Shown one piece after another: positions 19,078 to 27,816 of a stretch of DNA of 64,000 bases. The notes beneath the pieces are model-generated. The model saw only the letters and a list, made by a program, of their open reading frames with translations, made no database searches and was not told where the DNA came from. The position numbers were made by a program, and so were the translations under genes. Position 1 is the stretch's first letter. Each line of letters opens with the position of its first letter. Source of the DNA: a virus (taxonomy: Duplodnaviria > Caudoviricetes); the IMG/VR virus record IMGVR_UViG_2850126897_000005, positions 1 to 64,000 of that record; one strand, given 5' to 3'.

Positions 19078-19896
19078 ATGAATATTAAAGATATAGAGTC
19101 AGAAGAAGGAATGATTTTATGGAGAGGATGTTTAAATAGCCATTTAAATCATTTGATTGAAAATTTAGAAGTTGTTAGAAATAGTAATAACTATAGAGTC
19201 GTTAAGTTATATCCATTGTATGCATCTATTATAGAAGATATTATTTCGTTAGATATTCTGACAAAACACTCTAGGTTAAATCAATGCTATATAATATCGA
19301 GGGCTCTCTTGGAAAGAGTAATCAATTATTGTTATTTGCTTTATGCCTCAAATGAAGAGTATGAATCATATGTTGATTATACTAAAAATAAAGCAGCCCG
19401 AAGCTTGTCTAGAAGTATAGAACTAGATGGCGTTAAGAAAGTTAGCGTGGAGTTTGCTAATGGTTATTATGAATTACCAGAAGATTATAAAAAAGCCGTT
19501 GATAAATTTACTAGTAAAAATGGAAAGGAAATACCTCGATGGACAAGTTTAAATATAGATAAAAGAGCTATTTTTCTTGATGAAAAGTCAGGGAAGAATC
19601 TGCTATTACATGTTCTTATGATATATGGTGACGCGTCAGAAGCTTTACATGGTACCCTTTACGGGGCATTGTTTCATTTGGGAACCTATAATATTGGTTC
19701 AATACCAACAGATCAAAATTCACTTGATGAACATAGAAACAGCGCATTATCTTTTTTATATTTCATGGCAAGCTCTGCTATTGGAACGTTATTTTTTGCT
19801 TTAAAGGATAATGGCGTTGAAGTTAATGAGTCATATGAGCAGATGGAATCTAAATTTAAAAGTGTGACTATTAATACTGGTCTGGCTAAATCATAA
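19078..19896 (+). CDS. Cargo protein, DUF5677/HEPN-like
   Basis: SRALLE.VIN..YL and YGDASEALHG motifs; all-helical. Confidence 0.55.
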   Translation: MNIKDIESEEGMILWRGCLNSHLNHLIENLEVVRNSNNYRVVKLYPLYASIIEDIISLDILTKHSRLNQCYIISRALLERVINYCYLLYASNEEYESYVDYTKNKAARSLSRSIELDGVKKVSVEFANGYYELPEDYKKAVDKFTSKNGKEIPRWTSLNIDKRAIFLDEKSGKNLLLHVLMIYGDASEALHGTLYGALFHLGTYNIGSIPTDQNSLDEHRNSALSFLYFMASSAIGTLFFALKDNGVEVNESYEQMESKFKSVTINTGLAKS

Positions 19897-19906
19897 TTAG
19901 GCTGAG

Positions 19907-20617
19907 GTGATTATGGATGTTAATTGGATGAGTAAGTTTGATTGGGGTATTGCCATTGCAATTTTATCACTGTTATTTACTACAGTTGTTAGCTTTATTA
20001 CAATCCGATATACAAAAAAATCTTTAGAGTACACCAAAAAGTCTGTACAGATTGCAAATGATTCATTAGATGCAACGACAAAATCAGTTGTTACCTCGAT
20101 CGAGATTTATGAACGCCAAAAAAAAGACGATTTTGAAAAAGAAAATACAATAACAAGATCGGAGAAGAAAGCTTTGAATTATTTGATTTATACTGAAGCT
20201 AATGGTAATTTTATTGTTTTTCAGCCTGTTTTCGATTTTTGTACTTTTATTAGAAGTAATAAAGTAAAATACTATTTATATAATAACAAGGGGAGCGAAT
20301 CATTTTTAAAGTACGCTGTAAATGATAATGAAGAGATTGCTTTCTTGTTTTCAAAACAATCTTTAGATGTAATAGATAAATATTTACTTGATACTGCCAG
20401 AGTAGACAGCATATTAGTTGAAAAGTTAGTTTTACTAAAAATTAGTACATTAACATATAATAACTCATTTATTATCGCCTTAGAAACCATGATGAAAGCT
20501 AATTTAGATAAAAATGAATTAATGGATTTTATAAATAAGTGGATGGTGTTTGTTTCAGCATATAATAAACAATATAAAGATATAATAGACTATTGTAAGC
20601 TAAACATGAAATTGTGA
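19907..20617 (+). CDS. Cargo protein with N-terminal TM helix and coiled coil
   Basis: WGIAIAILSLLFTTVVSFITI hydrophobic segment. Confidence 0.6.
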   Translation: MIMDVNWMSKFDWGIAIAILSLLFTTVVSFITIRYTKKSLEYTKKSVQIANDSLDATTKSVVTSIEIYERQKKDDFEKENTITRSEKKALNYLIYTEANGNFIVFQPVFDFCTFIRSNKVKYYLYNNKGSESFLKYAVNDNEEIAFLFSKQSLDVIDKYLLDTARVDSILVEKLVLLKISTLTYNNSFIIALETMMKANLDKNELMDFINKWMVFVSAYNKQYKDIIDYCKLNMKL

Positions 20618-20701
20618 TATGATTATATTTAATATATAATAGTTACACTATTGGTTTGAACACCCAATCTTAACACTTGCTGTGTCTACTGAGAGAAACG
20701 T

Positions 20702-21295
20702 ATGGCACAGCATAGCTTTATCAAAATGTCTAACGACACTCTTGTACCGGCTAATCCAGCGGCAAGGGATTTTTTGCATTCCAAAATCAAGTGTGGTGAT
20801 GTGCTTTCGGCTGATTTCAAGAAAGCTCGTAACCCTCGTTTTCACCGTAAATACTTCGCTTTACTCAATCTAGGGTATGAATACTGGGAACCAACCGGCG
20901 GTACCATTTCGCCTGAAGAAAAAGAATTGGTTCGTGGTTACGTTAAATTCCTTGCTTACTACACAGATAACGACGATGCCCTCCAATCCGCTGCAGATGT
21001 TTACTTAGACGATGTAGCACAGAAACGCGCTCACAATATTTCAGCGACCAAATCCTTTGATGCTTTCCGCTATTGGGTAGTAGAGCAATCAGGCCATTAT
21101 GAAACTTTTGAAATGCCAGACGGTAGCCTACGCCGCGTGGCTAAATCAATCAGCTTTGCCAAAATGGATGACCTAGCCTTTGGCGAACTCTACAAATCCA
21201 CACTTGATGTGCTCTGGAACTTCATTTTATTCCGCAAATTCCCCACTCAAGAAGCTGCTGAAAATGCGGCGGCTCAGTTATTAGATTTTACCTAG
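20702..21295 (+). CDS. DUF1367-family phage protein
   Basis: KARNPRFHRKYFALLNLGYEYWEP...SISFAKMD. Confidence 0.8.
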   Translation: MAQHSFIKMSNDTLVPANPAARDFLHSKIKCGDVLSADFKKARNPRFHRKYFALLNLGYEYWEPTGGTISPEEKELVRGYVKFLAYYTDNDDALQSAADVYLDDVAQKRAHNISATKSFDAFRYWVVEQSGHYETFEMPDGSLRRVAKSISFAKMDDLAFGELYKSTLDVLWNFILFRKFPTQEAAENAAAQLLDFT

Positions 21296-21306
21296 AGGCA
21301 AGACCA

Positions 21307-21621
21307 ATGACCAAGAAATCAAAGACCAAAGAAGATAAACAGTGGCTATCAGATGTGGCCGCACTTGGCTGTATCTGCTGCCGCAATATGGGATATGGCG
21401 CAACCCTCGCGGAAATCCATCATGTAAGAACAGGGCAGGGAATGGCGCAGCGAGCTAGCCATAAAGACGTTTTACCGTTATGCCCACATCATCACAGGCC
21501 TAGTTATGACACTGGTTTTCATGCAGCGCCTAAAACATGGCAGGAAATTCACGGTACCGAAATCGAGTTACTGGAACAAACGAAAAGAGAAGTCATGGAG
21601 CTGCGCGCATGTCGAGTATAA
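21307..21621 (+). CDS. Ref-like HNH nuclease
   Basis: CICC...EIHH...LPLCPHHH. Confidence 0.7.
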   Translation: MTKKSKTKEDKQWLSDVAALGCICCRNMGYGATLAEIHHVRTGQGMAQRASHKDVLPLCPHHHRPSYDTGFHAAPKTWQEIHGTEIELLEQTKREVMELRACRV

Positions 21622-22142
21622 AAAGTATTTCTGATGGACTCGTACTCGGTGCAGAGCAAGAAGCTTGGTTGCAAGGTTGGCTATCCAAATTCGGTGCTTG
21701 GGTTTACAGTGGTAGATTAGAAAAACGCCAAAGCAGTATCATTGCTGAATTTATGGCAACGGTAGAAAAACGTGATTATCCAGAAAGGGAAATGTGTAAC
21801 GATGACGACGGAATGTTAATCACCAAGGTGGTTGATAAAATTTATCATATAGACCGAATTGCATTCACGTTATTGTTATTACGTTATGCCTTTGTGAGCT
21901 CTGACCGTGCCATTGCTCGTTATTATTATGGTATTGCACAGCCACGCCAGATGGTTCGTAGGAATCGTACGCTTGAATATCGAAAACCCTCGATGGCCAC
22001 ATGCCGCCGTGAGGTAAAAGAAATCATCCGTTCTGCAGAGTATTTAATTTACCCACATCTCTATAATGCATTTAAAATACGCGATAATGAGTGGAAAAAG
22101 AAAAATAATAGTAAGAACGTGTTGACTTCCTTGATCCAATGA
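21609..22142 (+). CDS. Q: Late antiterminator Q
   Basis: W..GWLSKFGAWVYSG and CNDDDG.LI motifs; position before the late promoter region. Confidence 0.8.
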   Translation: MSSIKSISDGLVLGAEQEAWLQGWLSKFGAWVYSGRLEKRQSSIIAEFMATVEKRDYPEREMCNDDDGMLITKVVDKIYHIDRIAFTLLLLRYAFVSSDRAIARYYYGIAQPRQMVRRNRTLEYRKPSMATCRREVKEIIRSAEYLIYPHLYNAFKIRDNEWKKKNNSKNVLTSLIQ

Positions 22143-22213
22143 GCCACTATTTCAAGGTAAGTTGCCATTTTAGTAACTTCACCAACTAACCCAGCCAATG
22201 CGCTGGGTTTTTT
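22122..22213 (+). promoter_or_regulatory. Probable pR' late promoter and tR'-like terminator
   Basis: TTGACT at 22122; hairpin AACCCAGC-CAATGC-GCTGGGTT with T-run at 22188-22213; -10 weak. Confidence 0.5.
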
Positions 22214-22284
22214 GTTTTTATCTACAGACAAAAACTTATGCTTAAGTAAAATATAGTTTTAATATCTTACTTGAGGATGAGTTA

Positions 22285-22896
22285 ATGTCAGATTGTGTTG
22301 AAGGTACAATAGAAAAACTGCTATGTGATGTCTATAACGAAATGTTTTCTAAGAAAAAAGACCATTTCTTGTATTTTGCAGAAGAAGGTATTTCGTTTGA
22401 ATTGTGGCTAACCACTGAGTTAGCGATGTATTTTAGGAATGAGAAATATAACGTTGATTTCACACCAGGAGTGGTTATTAAAGAAGAGGTTGTTGGTGTT
22501 GAGAATCAAATTAAAACTAAATATAGCTGTAGATACCTAGATTTATTTGTTTCAAACGAAATAGATCAGTGTGCAATTGAATTAAAAATAGCAACGCCTG
22601 CAACTCAATCAAAATATAATATTGCTTGTAGAAATGATATCACTAAGTTATCCAACATAAGTAAGATATCGACTAAAGCGAAGATTGCAGATTATAACAA
22701 AATGAAGAAGCTATTTGTTCTGGTTGTTGTTTCTAAGCGTAATGAAGTTGGATATAAGGCCAACTGGAATGAATGGCTAGATAAAATATACGAAGATTCA
22801 AATGAAAAAGCGGAAAGTTTAATTAAATATTCAGAGTTTTCAGAGAAAGATAATGAAGATTTAACAGCGGTGGTTTACCACAAATTTGTCAAATAA
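22285..22896 (+). CDS. Cargo protein, PD-(D/E)xK restriction-like nuclease
   Basis: FELWL..EL helix then YLDLFVSNEIDQCAIELK. Confidence 0.55.
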   Translation: MSDCVEGTIEKLLCDVYNEMFSKKKDHFLYFAEEGISFELWLTTELAMYFRNEKYNVDFTPGVVIKEEVVGVENQIKTKYSCRYLDLFVSNEIDQCAIELKIATPATQSKYNIACRNDITKLSNISKISTKAKIADYNKMKKLFVLVVVSKRNEVGYKANWNEWLDKIYEDSNEKAESLIKYSEFSEKDNEDLTAVVYHKFVK

Positions 22897-22969
22897 AGCT
22901 TGCTGTCACCTTTGTTCAGAGTTACATGTGTGTTCACGACCAATAACTGACCAAAGGTATAGAAATATC

Positions 22970-23167
22970 ATGTTAAAACAGATTGATATGACAGAAGAGG
23001 CAAAAATTGTTTTAGAAGTTGTTCCACACTCCTGGTGGGCAACAATAGAAGAAATCTCAAGTTACACTGAATTAGCAAAATCACGCTGTCAGTTGATATT
23101 AACGCAACTAGCAATGGCGGGATTTATCAAAGAAAACATCGAAGAAAATACATTTCAAAATATCTAG
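22970..23167 (+). CDS. Small winged-helix protein
   Basis: TIEEISSYTELAKSRCQLILTQL..AGFIK. Confidence 0.6.
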   Translation: MLKQIDMTEEAKIVLEVVPHSWWATIEEISSYTELAKSRCQLILTQLAMAGFIKENIEENTFQNI

Positions 23168-23310
23168 CACTGTGAAAATGGGCGGCTGGTGGGTGTTGGT
23201 AGCACCTTACCAGCCATTCGCCCGTTCAGATACGGATCACGGACAAACTAAAGCCCACTGCTTATGTGCACAAAGCAAGTGAAGCTTATCAAAAAAGGTT
23301 TCCCTGATCT

Positions 23311-24360
23311 ATGAAAAACACTGTGAATTTAAACAGTATCAATTTAGTCAATGACGACTCACTAAACTACATAAAAACACTTCCAGACAACTGTATTGAT
23401 TTAATCGCAACTGACCCGCCATACTTTCAAGTAAAGTCGTGCAGTTGGGATAATCAGTGGGAAAATGTCACGTCTTATCTATTATGGCTTGATGAAATGC
23501 TTGCGGAGTTTTGGCGCGTTCTGAAGCCGAATGGCAGCTTATATATGTTCTGCGGTTCAAAACTTGCAGCAGATACTGAGTTGTTATTGAGAGAACGCTT
23601 TAACGTCCTGAATCATATCATATGGGCAAAACCATCAGGACCATGGCGTAGAGCATGTAAAGCTGACCTACGCAGTTTCTTTCCAAGTACTGAAAGAATT
23701 CTTTTCGCTGAACATTATCAAGGCCCATACAAAGGCAAAAGTAGTGATTATTTACAGCAATGTAAGCAGCTAAAAGAAAACGTGCTCAAGCCTTTGATTG
23801 AGTATTTCAAGCAGTCGCGTGAATCGCTTGGGATAACAGCGAAAGAAATAAAGCAAGTAACCGGTAAGCAAATGGCGTCTCATTGGTTCAGCTACAGCCA
23901 ATGGCAATTACCTAATGAGTCTGATTACCAAAAGCTACAAGAATTATTTCGCCGTGTAGCAAGTGAAAAGCACAGTGAAAACCCGTTAAATCGAAGTCAT
24001 TCAGATTTAGCAGAAACTCAAGTAACACTTAACCGAGAATATCGAGAGCTTGCCGAGCAGTATCAACTGTTACGCCGTCCTTTCTCGGTTACTGTTGATG
24101 TTCCTTATACTGATGTTTGGACCTATCCGCCTGTGCAATATTACCCGGGTAAACACCCTTGCGAAAAGCCAGCCATGATGATGGAACACATTATTAATAG
24201 CAGTAGCCGAGAGGGTGATGTTGTTGCCGATTTCTTCATGGGCTCTGGCGCCACAATAAAAGCGGCATTAAAGCTTAATCGCAGTGTTGTCGGGGTAGAG
24301 CTTGAAACTGAGCGATTTGAGCAAACAAGATTAGAGATCTGGAGGGATATTATTATCTAA
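23311..24360 (+). CDS. DNA methyltransferase (N6-A/N4-C, beta class)
   Basis: TDPPY; HPCEKP; DFFMGSGAT. Confidence 0.92.
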   Translation: MKNTVNLNSINLVNDDSLNYIKTLPDNCIDLIATDPPYFQVKSCSWDNQWENVTSYLLWLDEMLAEFWRVLKPNGSLYMFCGSKLAADTELLLRERFNVLNHIIWAKPSGPWRRACKADLRSFFPSTERILFAEHYQGPYKGKSSDYLQQCKQLKENVLKPLIEYFKQSRESLGITAKEIKQVTGKQMASHWFSYSQWQLPNESDYQKLQELFRRVASEKHSENPLNRSHSDLAETQVTLNREYRELAEQYQLLRRPFSVTVDVPYTDVWTYPPVQYYPGKHPCEKPAMMMEHIINSSSREGDVVADFFMGSGATIKAALKLNRSVVGVELETERFEQTRLEIWRDIII

Positions 24361-24459
24361 TTCATAGGATCTTGCATTATATCTTGAAATCTTCCATCGT
24401 AGCAAAATTTAAGATAAGGATTATAATAGAATAAATATTTTTCGCTGAATGGATTTATT

Positions 24460-24840
24460 ATGGAAATCACAACTGAAAAAGAGTTGGCTCAAGCTCTTAA
24501 AGGAAATATTGATACAATCACAGTGACTGGTAATCTAGCTAAAGCCACCATTAAAATTAAGGCAACAGGGAGTGTTGCATGGGCAGTTGCTTTTGGGGCA
24601 ATCGGTATCGCTGCATTTGCTACATATGCTACAGTGGGAACAGGAGGAGCCGCTACTCCTGTCACTGGGTTTGCTGCTATTGGTGGTTCTGGCGCAGCAG
24701 TAGGGATATTAGGTACAGCAACCACATGGAGCGCAATATCTATTGCTGTTGCTGCTGGTGGTGTAGGTGTTTTAAACAAACTAAGAAAATATAAAATAGT
24801 TGAAAAAACGGGTGATAGGATTGTACTTAAAAGAAAGTAA
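24460..24840 (+). CDS. Gly/Ala-rich hydrophobic cargo protein
   Basis: Long GxxxG-rich hydrophobic core, basic C-terminus; terminator at ~24858-24887. Confidence 0.7.
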   Translation: MEITTEKELAQALKGNIDTITVTGNLAKATIKIKATGSVAWAVAFGAIGIAAFATYATVGTGGAATPVTGFAAIGGSGAAVGILGTATTWSAISIAVAAGGVGVLNKLRKYKIVEKTGDRIVLKRK

Positions 24841-24923
24841 TTCTATTACGATTAGAAAGGGCTGCGCAATTGCGTGGCCTTTTTTATTAACTCAATCTCG
24901 GGCACTCCGTAGGGGGTGAAATC

Positions 24924-25193
24924 ATGCGTATGGATAAATATAGCAACGCAGCCTACGGTAGTGCTGGGCTTACAGCATTCTTTGCGAGCTTATCGCTTTA
25001 TGAATGGGGCTTTATTATTGGGATGGCGTTCAGCATCATTCTTGGTCTCGCTACTTTCTTTATGAATCGACGAGAGCAACGAAAGCGAACACGTTTATTT
25101 GAAGAACTCGTTAATAAAACCGACCCACAGAACCCTTCAGCTACTGCACGAAAAGCCGCCGAACTTATGGCGAAAGCACCTAAGGATATCTAA
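24924..25193 (+). CDS. Holin
   Basis: Hydrophobic N-terminal half, basic C-terminus, precedes lysozyme; M-R-M dual start. Confidence 0.8.
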   Translation: MRMDKYSNAAYGSAGLTAFFASLSLYEWGFIIGMAFSIILGLATFFMNRREQRKRTRLFEELVNKTDPQNPSATARKAAELMAKAPKDI

Positions 25194-25663
25194 TGTCACT
25201 TAAACAAAAATTAACTGTGCTTGTTGGCGCAGGGGCTTCGGCTATCGCTTTAACAGTGATTGCACATTTTGAAGGTGTTAGATATGAACCTTATGAAGAT
25301 GTGGGAGGGGTATTAACGGTCTGCTATGGCCATACGGGAAAAGACATTGTCCCTAATAAAGTTTATTCAAATGAAGAATGCAACGAGCTGTTAGAGCTAG
25401 ATTTTATGAGAACTAAACTGCAGGTCGATCGCCTGGTTAAAGTTCCTGTTGATGAACATACAAAAGCCGCTCTTTATTCATTTGCTTTTAACGTTGGTAC
25501 CGGGGCATTCGCTAAGTCGACAATGCTAAAAAAGCTAAATGCAGGCGACCAATACGGAGCTTGTGAAGAATTGAAAAAATGGGTTTACGCTGGTGGAAAG
25601 GTATGGCGTGGACTAGTTAATCGCAGAGAAGCGGAGGCGGCAATATGCCATGGAAATCTATAG
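25193..25663 (+). CDS. SAR endolysin (GH24 lysozyme)
   Basis: N-terminal SAR helix; FEG..YEPYED.GGVLTVCYGHT. Confidence 0.92.
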   Translation: MSLKQKLTVLVGAGASAIALTVIAHFEGVRYEPYEDVGGVLTVCYGHTGKDIVPNKVYSNEECNELLELDFMRTKLQVDRLVKVPVDEHTKAALYSFAFNVGTGAFAKSTMLKKLNAGDQYGACEELKKWVYAGGKVWRGLVNRREAEAAICHGNL

Positions 25664-25818
25664 TGGTTGTAATTTGCTTTATGCTACTCGCGATATCAAT
25701 TATTGCTTTTGGCGCTTACCGTTTGACAGATAACACATGCGGCATTGATAAGGCCAGTTTAGAAAAGCGCTGCCAGAAAGCTATCGATCACTACAAAGGT
25801 CAGCAAGTTAATTTTTAA
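25645..25818 (+). CDS. 57-aa membrane protein in lysis cassette (not in track)
   Basis: MPWKSIVVVICFMLLAISIIAFGAYRL...KRCQKAIDHYKGQQVNF*. Confidence 0.5.
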   Translation: MPWKSIVVVICFMLLAISIIAFGAYRLTDNTCGIDKASLEKRCQKAIDHYKGQQVNF

Positions 25819-25838
25819 TCTTCTATATGGTAATCACC

Positions 25839-26288
25839 ATGAATACAGTCAGAGTCGCGTTATTTATCGCTGCGTGGGTGGCCATATGGGGAATGTGGAA
25901 ACAACATGAAAGGATAGGTGAGCTAAACACCAAGAATACCGAACTACTCGTTGAGCTGACAGAGCAAGTCAAAATCAATGAAGATTATCAAGAGCGCGTC
26001 CAATCCCTTCATAAACTTGATACTAAACATACTCAAGAGCTAACAAATGCAAAAGCTGAAATTGATAAGTTGCGTATTGCTGCTGAGCGCAATCCTGAGC
26101 GGGTGTACATCAGAGCCAGTTGCCCGAAAGGCGAAACCAATTCCACCTCCGGCTTGGATGATGGAACAGCCGCCCGACCTACTGAGTCCGCTATCCGAAA
26201 TTATTGGTTACTCAGACAACGAATTGCAGAGTCAGAGCAAATGATCAAGGGGCTGCAGGAATATATCGCCTCAACTTGCATGCAATAA
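25839..26288 (+). CDS. Rz: i-spanin (Rz)
   Basis: N-terminal TM, coiled coil, RVYIRASCP. Confidence 0.85.
   Translation: MNTVRVALFIAAWVAIWGMWKQHERIGELNTKNTELLVELTEQVKINEDYQERVQSLHKLDTKHTQELTNAKAEIDKLRIAAERNPERVYIRASCPKGETNSTSGLDDGTAARPTESAIRNYWLLRQRIAESEQMIKGLQEYIASTCMQ
26047..26244 (+). CDS. Rz1: o-spanin lipoprotein (Rz1), embedded in Rz
   Basis: Lipobox LSGC, Pro-rich PPPAW. Confidence 0.8.
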   Translation: MQKLKLISCVLLLSAILSGCTSEPVARKAKPIPPPAWMMEQPPDLLSPLSEIIGYSDNELQSQSK

Positions 26289-26348
26289 AAAAGGCTATGT
26301 TATTATCTCTGGGTTAATTACATAATTCTGAGGTTAATAAGATAAGTT

Positions 26349-26651
26349 ATGACTGCTGAACTAATTTGCAAAACTATTGGTGCTATTTTAGGGGGGAGTG
26401 GTTCGATACTGATTGCATGGAGAGCCTACAATATACTTAAATGGATAAAAAATACTGTAGATAGTCACGAGTTATCGCTAATAGCAATTACTCAGGTTAT
26501 TAACCGAGAACCGCAAACCGTACCTATGATAACCGGCATGACGACACATCTGGATAACTATGAAAAAGGATGGGGGATTAAGTTATTTGTTATAGGATTT
26601 ATTATGATAATTCTAGGGGTTATTTTTACTGTAATCTCATTTTGGTTATAA
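26349..26651 (+). CDS. Small two-TM cargo protein
   Basis: Hydrophobic ends; terminator at ~26679-26703. Confidence 0.6.
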   Translation: MTAELICKTIGAILGGSGSILIAWRAYNILKWIKNTVDSHELSLIAITQVINREPQTVPMITGMTTHLDNYEKGWGIKLFVIGFIMIILGVIFTVISFWL

Positions 26652-26726
26652 CAGGTTGTAATTTATAAACCCATTACAAAGCCTACTTTCGAGTGGGCTT
26701 TTTAATAGGTTAAGGAGATAAACACG

Positions 26727-27749
26727 ATGGCTAAACCGGATTGGGGGACGCTACAGCAACAGTTCCTCACCGAACATGCTAAATCAGGAATATCCCCTAA
26801 AGAGTGGTGTGAAGACCAGGGACTTAATTACGCAACAGCAAGGCGATATATTAAAAGGCCAGCTGCGCAATCTGCACAAAAAACTGCGCAAAAGAAATTG
26901 CGCACTGCGCACGATAAAGAATGCGCGAAAGAGCCTATGTGTAATGGTCCTATACCAACTGCGCAAATTAGCGAACAAGATAATGCGCACGATGATGAAA
27001 ACACATTTAACCTGCGCAACTACGGGCTTAACGATATGCAGTTCAGATTCGTCAATGAGTATCTTGTCGATTTAAATCGGACGGCAGCTTATAAGAGAGC
27101 CGGTGGAAATGGCGAAGGTAATACTGCTTATGTTGGCGCTAGTCGGATGTACAGAAATGCTAAGGTCAATCGCGCAATTACAGACGCATTAGCGGATAGA
27201 GAACGCAGAACTCAAATTACCCAAGATGCCGTATTGAAAATGTGGTGGGATATTGCGACCGCAGACGTTAATGAACTAACTGAATATCGTCGATTATGTT
27301 GTCGTCATTGTTGGGGCTTTGGATTTAATTATCAGTGGCGTGATGCGGTTGAATATGATGATGCAGTGAAAAAAGCCATGGCAGCAAGTAAACCACCTCC
27401 GCAAGATGTGGGTGGTTACGGTTACGATGACACATTAGACCCTAACCCTGATTGCCCTCGATGTAATGGCACGGGTATTGGCCGTGCGTATTTTCATGAT
27501 ACGCGTGACTTAACTGGTGCGGCTCGTCGTTTATTCGCTGGTGTGAAAGAGGGTAAGTTTGGTGTAGAGATGATCACTCGTAATCAAGACGATGCGCTTA
27601 AAATGGTCGCACAACATTTAGGAATGGTTAAGAACAAGACTGAGATAACTGGTGCTGATGGTGGACCCATTCAATCAACAGGGATAGACCTTAGTCATTT
27701 GAGTTTTGAGCAGCTTTTGCAATTGAGAAGCAAAAATAAGAAATATTAA
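26727..27749 (+). CDS. Terminase small subunit
   Basis: FVNEYLVDLN.TAAYKRAG Terminase_2-like motif, CxxC pairs, EITGADGGPI tail. Confidence 0.85.
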   Translation: MAKPDWGTLQQQFLTEHAKSGISPKEWCEDQGLNYATARRYIKRPAAQSAQKTAQKKLRTAHDKECAKEPMCNGPIPTAQISEQDNAHDDENTFNLRNYGLNDMQFRFVNEYLVDLNRTAAYKRAGGNGEGNTAYVGASRMYRNAKVNRAITDALADRERRTQITQDAVLKMWWDIATADVNELTEYRRLCCRHCWGFGFNYQWRDAVEYDDAVKKAMAASKPPPQDVGGYGYDDTLDPNPDCPRCNGTGIGRAYFHDTRDLTGAARRLFAGVKEGKFGVEMITRNQDDALKMVAQHLGMVKNKTEITGADGGPIQSTGIDLSHLSFEQLLQLRSKNKKY

Positions 27750-27816
27750 TATAATTTGCATATTTATCAACTAGGTATTATAAATTACATTCTAAATTTT
27801 TAATAGGCTAAATTCA

